In this document: positions 61,122-64,000 of the stretch, piece after piece | Position numbering within the stretch: the stretch's first letter is position 1 | How the letters are laid out: each line of letters opens with the position of its first letter | Origin: Chrysemys picta bellii | Taxonomy: Eukaryota | DNA: 64,000 nt | NCBI RefSeq assembly: GCF_011386835.1 | Contig: NC_088791.1 | Location: forward strand, 350,424,001 to 350,488,000 | Direction: 5' to 3' | Made by a program: the position numbers and the translations under genes | The notes under the pieces: model-generated | What the model was told of the DNA's origin: nothing | Databases searched by the model: none | What the model saw: only the letters and a program-made list of their open reading frames with translations

Positions 61122-62329
61122 TGTGCGGGAATCTCAACATAGTGGTATGCTTATGATATAATTATGATACCTCTGGTACAAGATATGTCTTATGAGGTGT
61201 CATTTGAAAAGTTATGGTTTTCGAAATATGATTATCCTATTTGTGCGCATGTATCATTTTTGTACCTGAAGTTATGAATATTGACTACGTATCTGTATTT
61301 CAAATTAGCTTAATCTGTGTAACACCCACAACTAGCCTTTCAGGTACAAAAATGAAGACGCTAGACAGTGCTAATGGCTCACCAACAAAGATAATTGACC
61401 ATGGAAGAGCTTAGCCGTCCAGTGAACATTTCAGTGAGTAATGGCTGCTGTGATTTAGCAGGGCATTCATGGGCATGTGATCAGACTACATGACACTGAA
61501 CTCCATTTTGGTACCTGTATTTCTCCACAAACTGGGCCGGGACCTTAGCTGAGCCTTAAAGGGTTCTTGCCATATGGAAAAACTTTATAAGGTGGTGAGT
61601 GACATCATCTCTTGACCTCACTCCCCACGCAACAGAACTCCTGGAAACATCTGAGGAACAAAGACTGGATGGAGGGAAGTGCTGGTCCCAGGATATAGGG
61701 ATTTCTGGCCTGCATATGTAAACTTGGTGGACTGCTTGTATCATCAGTCAGGGTGAGAAATTGCTACTTCAAATCCTATCTAACTAGTATATTAGGCTTA
61801 ATTTGAAATTTTGTTTATTTGCTAGTTAACCTGCTTTGATCTGTTTGCTGTCACCTATAATCATGCAACATCTATCTTTCTGTAGTTAATAAACTTGTTT
61901 TATATTGTATCATAACCAGTGTGTTGGAGTGAAGTGTCTGGGAAAATCTCAGCTCTGTAAACAAAGGCTGTTGCATATCTTTTCCACTTCTAGGGGAATG
62001 GTACTTATATTAATGAGTTTGCATTAATGCCTGTGCAATGGAAGATGGTATAATTCTAGGTTTATACTCCAGCAAGTGTGCAAGGCTGGGGAGCTGGGAA
62101 ATTGGCTGTTGTCTCTTGTTTGTCCTTGAGTGGCTTAGGTAAAGCACTCAGGTAGCTCAGTTGGGTGTGCAGCACCACCTGCTGTCTTGTTGGGTGATAA
62201 CAGGGCCTGGAGAGGCTGGCTGTGTTACTGGCAGAGCAGTCTGAGAGAGGCCAGATGAGCTGAATGATTAGGGATCGCAGCGGTTCGACTGGCTCCCAGA
62301 CTGCAACCTGGGAGTGACAATCCATCACA
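61122..62329 (+). mobile_element. Solo LTR (1208 bp)
   Basis: TGTG...ATCACA termini; perfect 5-bp TSD GAGAC (61117-61121, 62330-62334); TATAAG near 61588 and AATAAA near 61890. Confidence 0.88.
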
Positions 62330-62334
62330 GAGAC

Positions 62335-63175
62335 AGTAAAAGTCACCAGGACCAGATTGTATTCACCCAAGAGTTCTGAAGGAACTCATGTTGAAGAACT
62401 ACTAACTGTGGTATGTAACCTATCACTTAAATCGGCCTCTGTCCCAGCATACTGGCAAATAGCGAATGTGATGCTGATTTTAAAAAATGGCTTCAAAACA
62501 TTCATGAACATGATTTGTTGGGGAAAGTCAACATGGCTTTTGAAAAGGGAAAATCATGACTCACTAATCTATTATAATTCTTTGAGTGGGTCAACATAAA
62601 TGTGGTCAAGGGTAATCCAGAGGATATAATGTACTTCGACTTTCAGAAAGCCTCTGACAAAGTCCCTCACCAAAGGCTGCTAAGAAAAGTAAGCAGTCAT
62701 GGGATAAGAGGAAAGATTCTCTCCTGGATCAGTAACTGCTTAAAAGATAGGAAACAAAGGGTAGGAATAAATGGTCAGTTTTCAGAATGGAAATAGTCGT
62801 GTCCCAGAGGGATCTATACTAGGACCAGTTCTGTTCCACATATCCATAAATGATCTGGAAAAAGGGGTAAGCAGTGAGATGACAACATTTGCAGACGAGA
62901 CAAAATTAATCAGTATACTTAAATCCAAAGCAGGCCTTAAAGAGTTACAAAGGCATCTCACAAAACTCAGTTACTGGGTGAATGGCAGATGAAATTCAGT
63001 GTTGATAAATGCAAAGTAGTGCACATTGGAAAACTTAATCCCCATTTTACATACAAAAGGATGTTTCCAAATTAGCTGTTACCACTCAGGAAAGAGATCT
63101 TGGAGTCATTGTGGATGGTCTCTGAAAATTGTGCAGCGGCACTCAAAAAAAGCTAACAGAATATTGAGTACCATA
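62335..63175 (+). mobile_element. CR1 reverse-transcriptase fragment
   Basis: LLTVVCNLSLKSASVP..W, DIMYFDFQKASDKVPHQRLL, VPEGSILGPVLF..INDL, FADETKL. Confidence 0.92.
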
Positions 63176-63317
63176 GTCGGTGGATGTAATAGGCCAGGGG
63201 GTAAGATTCCAGTGGTGCAGCTGTGGATGCCGGCTGCCAGTTGTGGGGTTTACACAGGGAAGTTTTTGCTTATTATTATGTGCCATGTAGGTTTCAGTGT
63301 GGCTGAGGAGGCAGTAT

Positions 63318-63400
63318 GTGTTACTCAGCTTCCCGGATTCATCAGTAATTCCCTGGGACTCCACAGAGATTACTGATGAACCCAGGAAGCTGTGTAACAC
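63318..63400. other. 83-nt near-perfect inverted repeat (pre-miRNA-sized hairpin or foldback element)
   Basis: GTGTTACTCAGCTTCCCGGATTCATCAGTAATTCCCTG / GGACTCCA / CAGAGATTACTGATGAACCCAGGAAGCTGTGTAACAC. Confidence 0.55.
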
Positions 63401-63407
63401 TTCCCAC

Positions 63408-64000
63408 TGTGACAAGTTGTCACCCCCAGGGTGCAGTCTGGGAGGCATTGGGAACAGCTGTGCCCTTCAACCCTCCCGCTGGGCTGGCCAATCTTACACT
63501 GCTTTGTTGGTGACACAGCCAGCCTCTGCAAGCCTTGTTATCACCCAACACAACAGCAGCTAATGCCATACACCCAACTGAGCCTCCTGAGTGCTTTGCC
63601 TAAGCCACTCAAAGACAGGCAGGAGACAACAGCCAATTTCCCAGCTATCCAGCCTTGCACCGTTGCTCGCGTATAGGAATTATACCACCTTGCACTGCAC
63701 AGGTATCGGTACAGCATAACCTCATTAATATAGGTCACTTTAACCTTGATGTGGGAAAGATATGCAACAGCCTCAACACAAACTAAGCCTAACATTCTAG
63801 ATAGGTTGGATATAAATTAGCAATTTCTCACCCTGATTGATGATACATGCTGTCCACCAAGTTTTCATATGCAGGCTAGAAATCCCTTAAGCCTGGGACC
63901 AGCACTTCCCCCGGTTCAGTCTTTGTTCCTCGGGTGTTTCCAGGAGTTCTCTTCTGTGAGGAGTGAGGCCAAGAAATGATGTCACACCCTATGTTATATA
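63408..64000 (-). mobile_element. LTR related to 61122-62329, inverted, runs off the window
   Basis: Starts TGTGAC; reverse complement aligns with ~61540-62329 (e.g. GCCTAAGCCACTCAA vs TTGAGTGGCTTAGG). Confidence 0.85.

Noticed and set aside
63373-63390. CTGATGA inside the hairpin as a hammerhead core or C/D snoRNA C box
   Set aside because: No stem II-GAAA after it, and no properly spaced D box with a terminal stem.

Overview
Vertebrate genomic DNA, most likely a turtle (inferred from the CR1 3' UTRs and the MITE/LTR families; the species cannot be determined). The window is a tandem array of five ~10-kb duplicated modules. Each carries one intact, single-coding-exon class I (OR51-family-like) olfactory receptor on the + strand (6750-7685, 16734-17666, 35318-36253, 44451-45386, 55848-56783), a conserved 3' splice acceptor just upstream of the ATG, and a conserved downstream poly(A) signal. 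The modules are interrupted by copy-specific transposons: a 7.3-kb hAT DNA transposon with a perfect 8-bp TSD and a disabled transposase (itself hit by a CR1), several solo LTRs with 4-5-bp TSDs (one 11 nt before an OR ATG, one 4 nt after an OR stop), CR1 LINE fragments, MITEs, a Penelope-like palindrome, and two copies of a class III-like ERV pro-pol fragment. The strongest unexpected signal is that this ERV fragment looks G-to-A hypermutated (four Trp codons to stops, catalytic YxDD to YxNN), an APOBEC-type editing footprint in a reptile. Other leads are possible LTR co-option for OR 5'/3' ends, a Lys/Asn substitution in the predicted acid-binding pocket of two receptors, per-gene O/E and AAACTTTTC motifs, and an 83-nt hairpin. 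There are no prokaryotic features, rRNA, true tRNA genes or CRISPR arrays. I did not find a clearly new system beyond these hypotheses.
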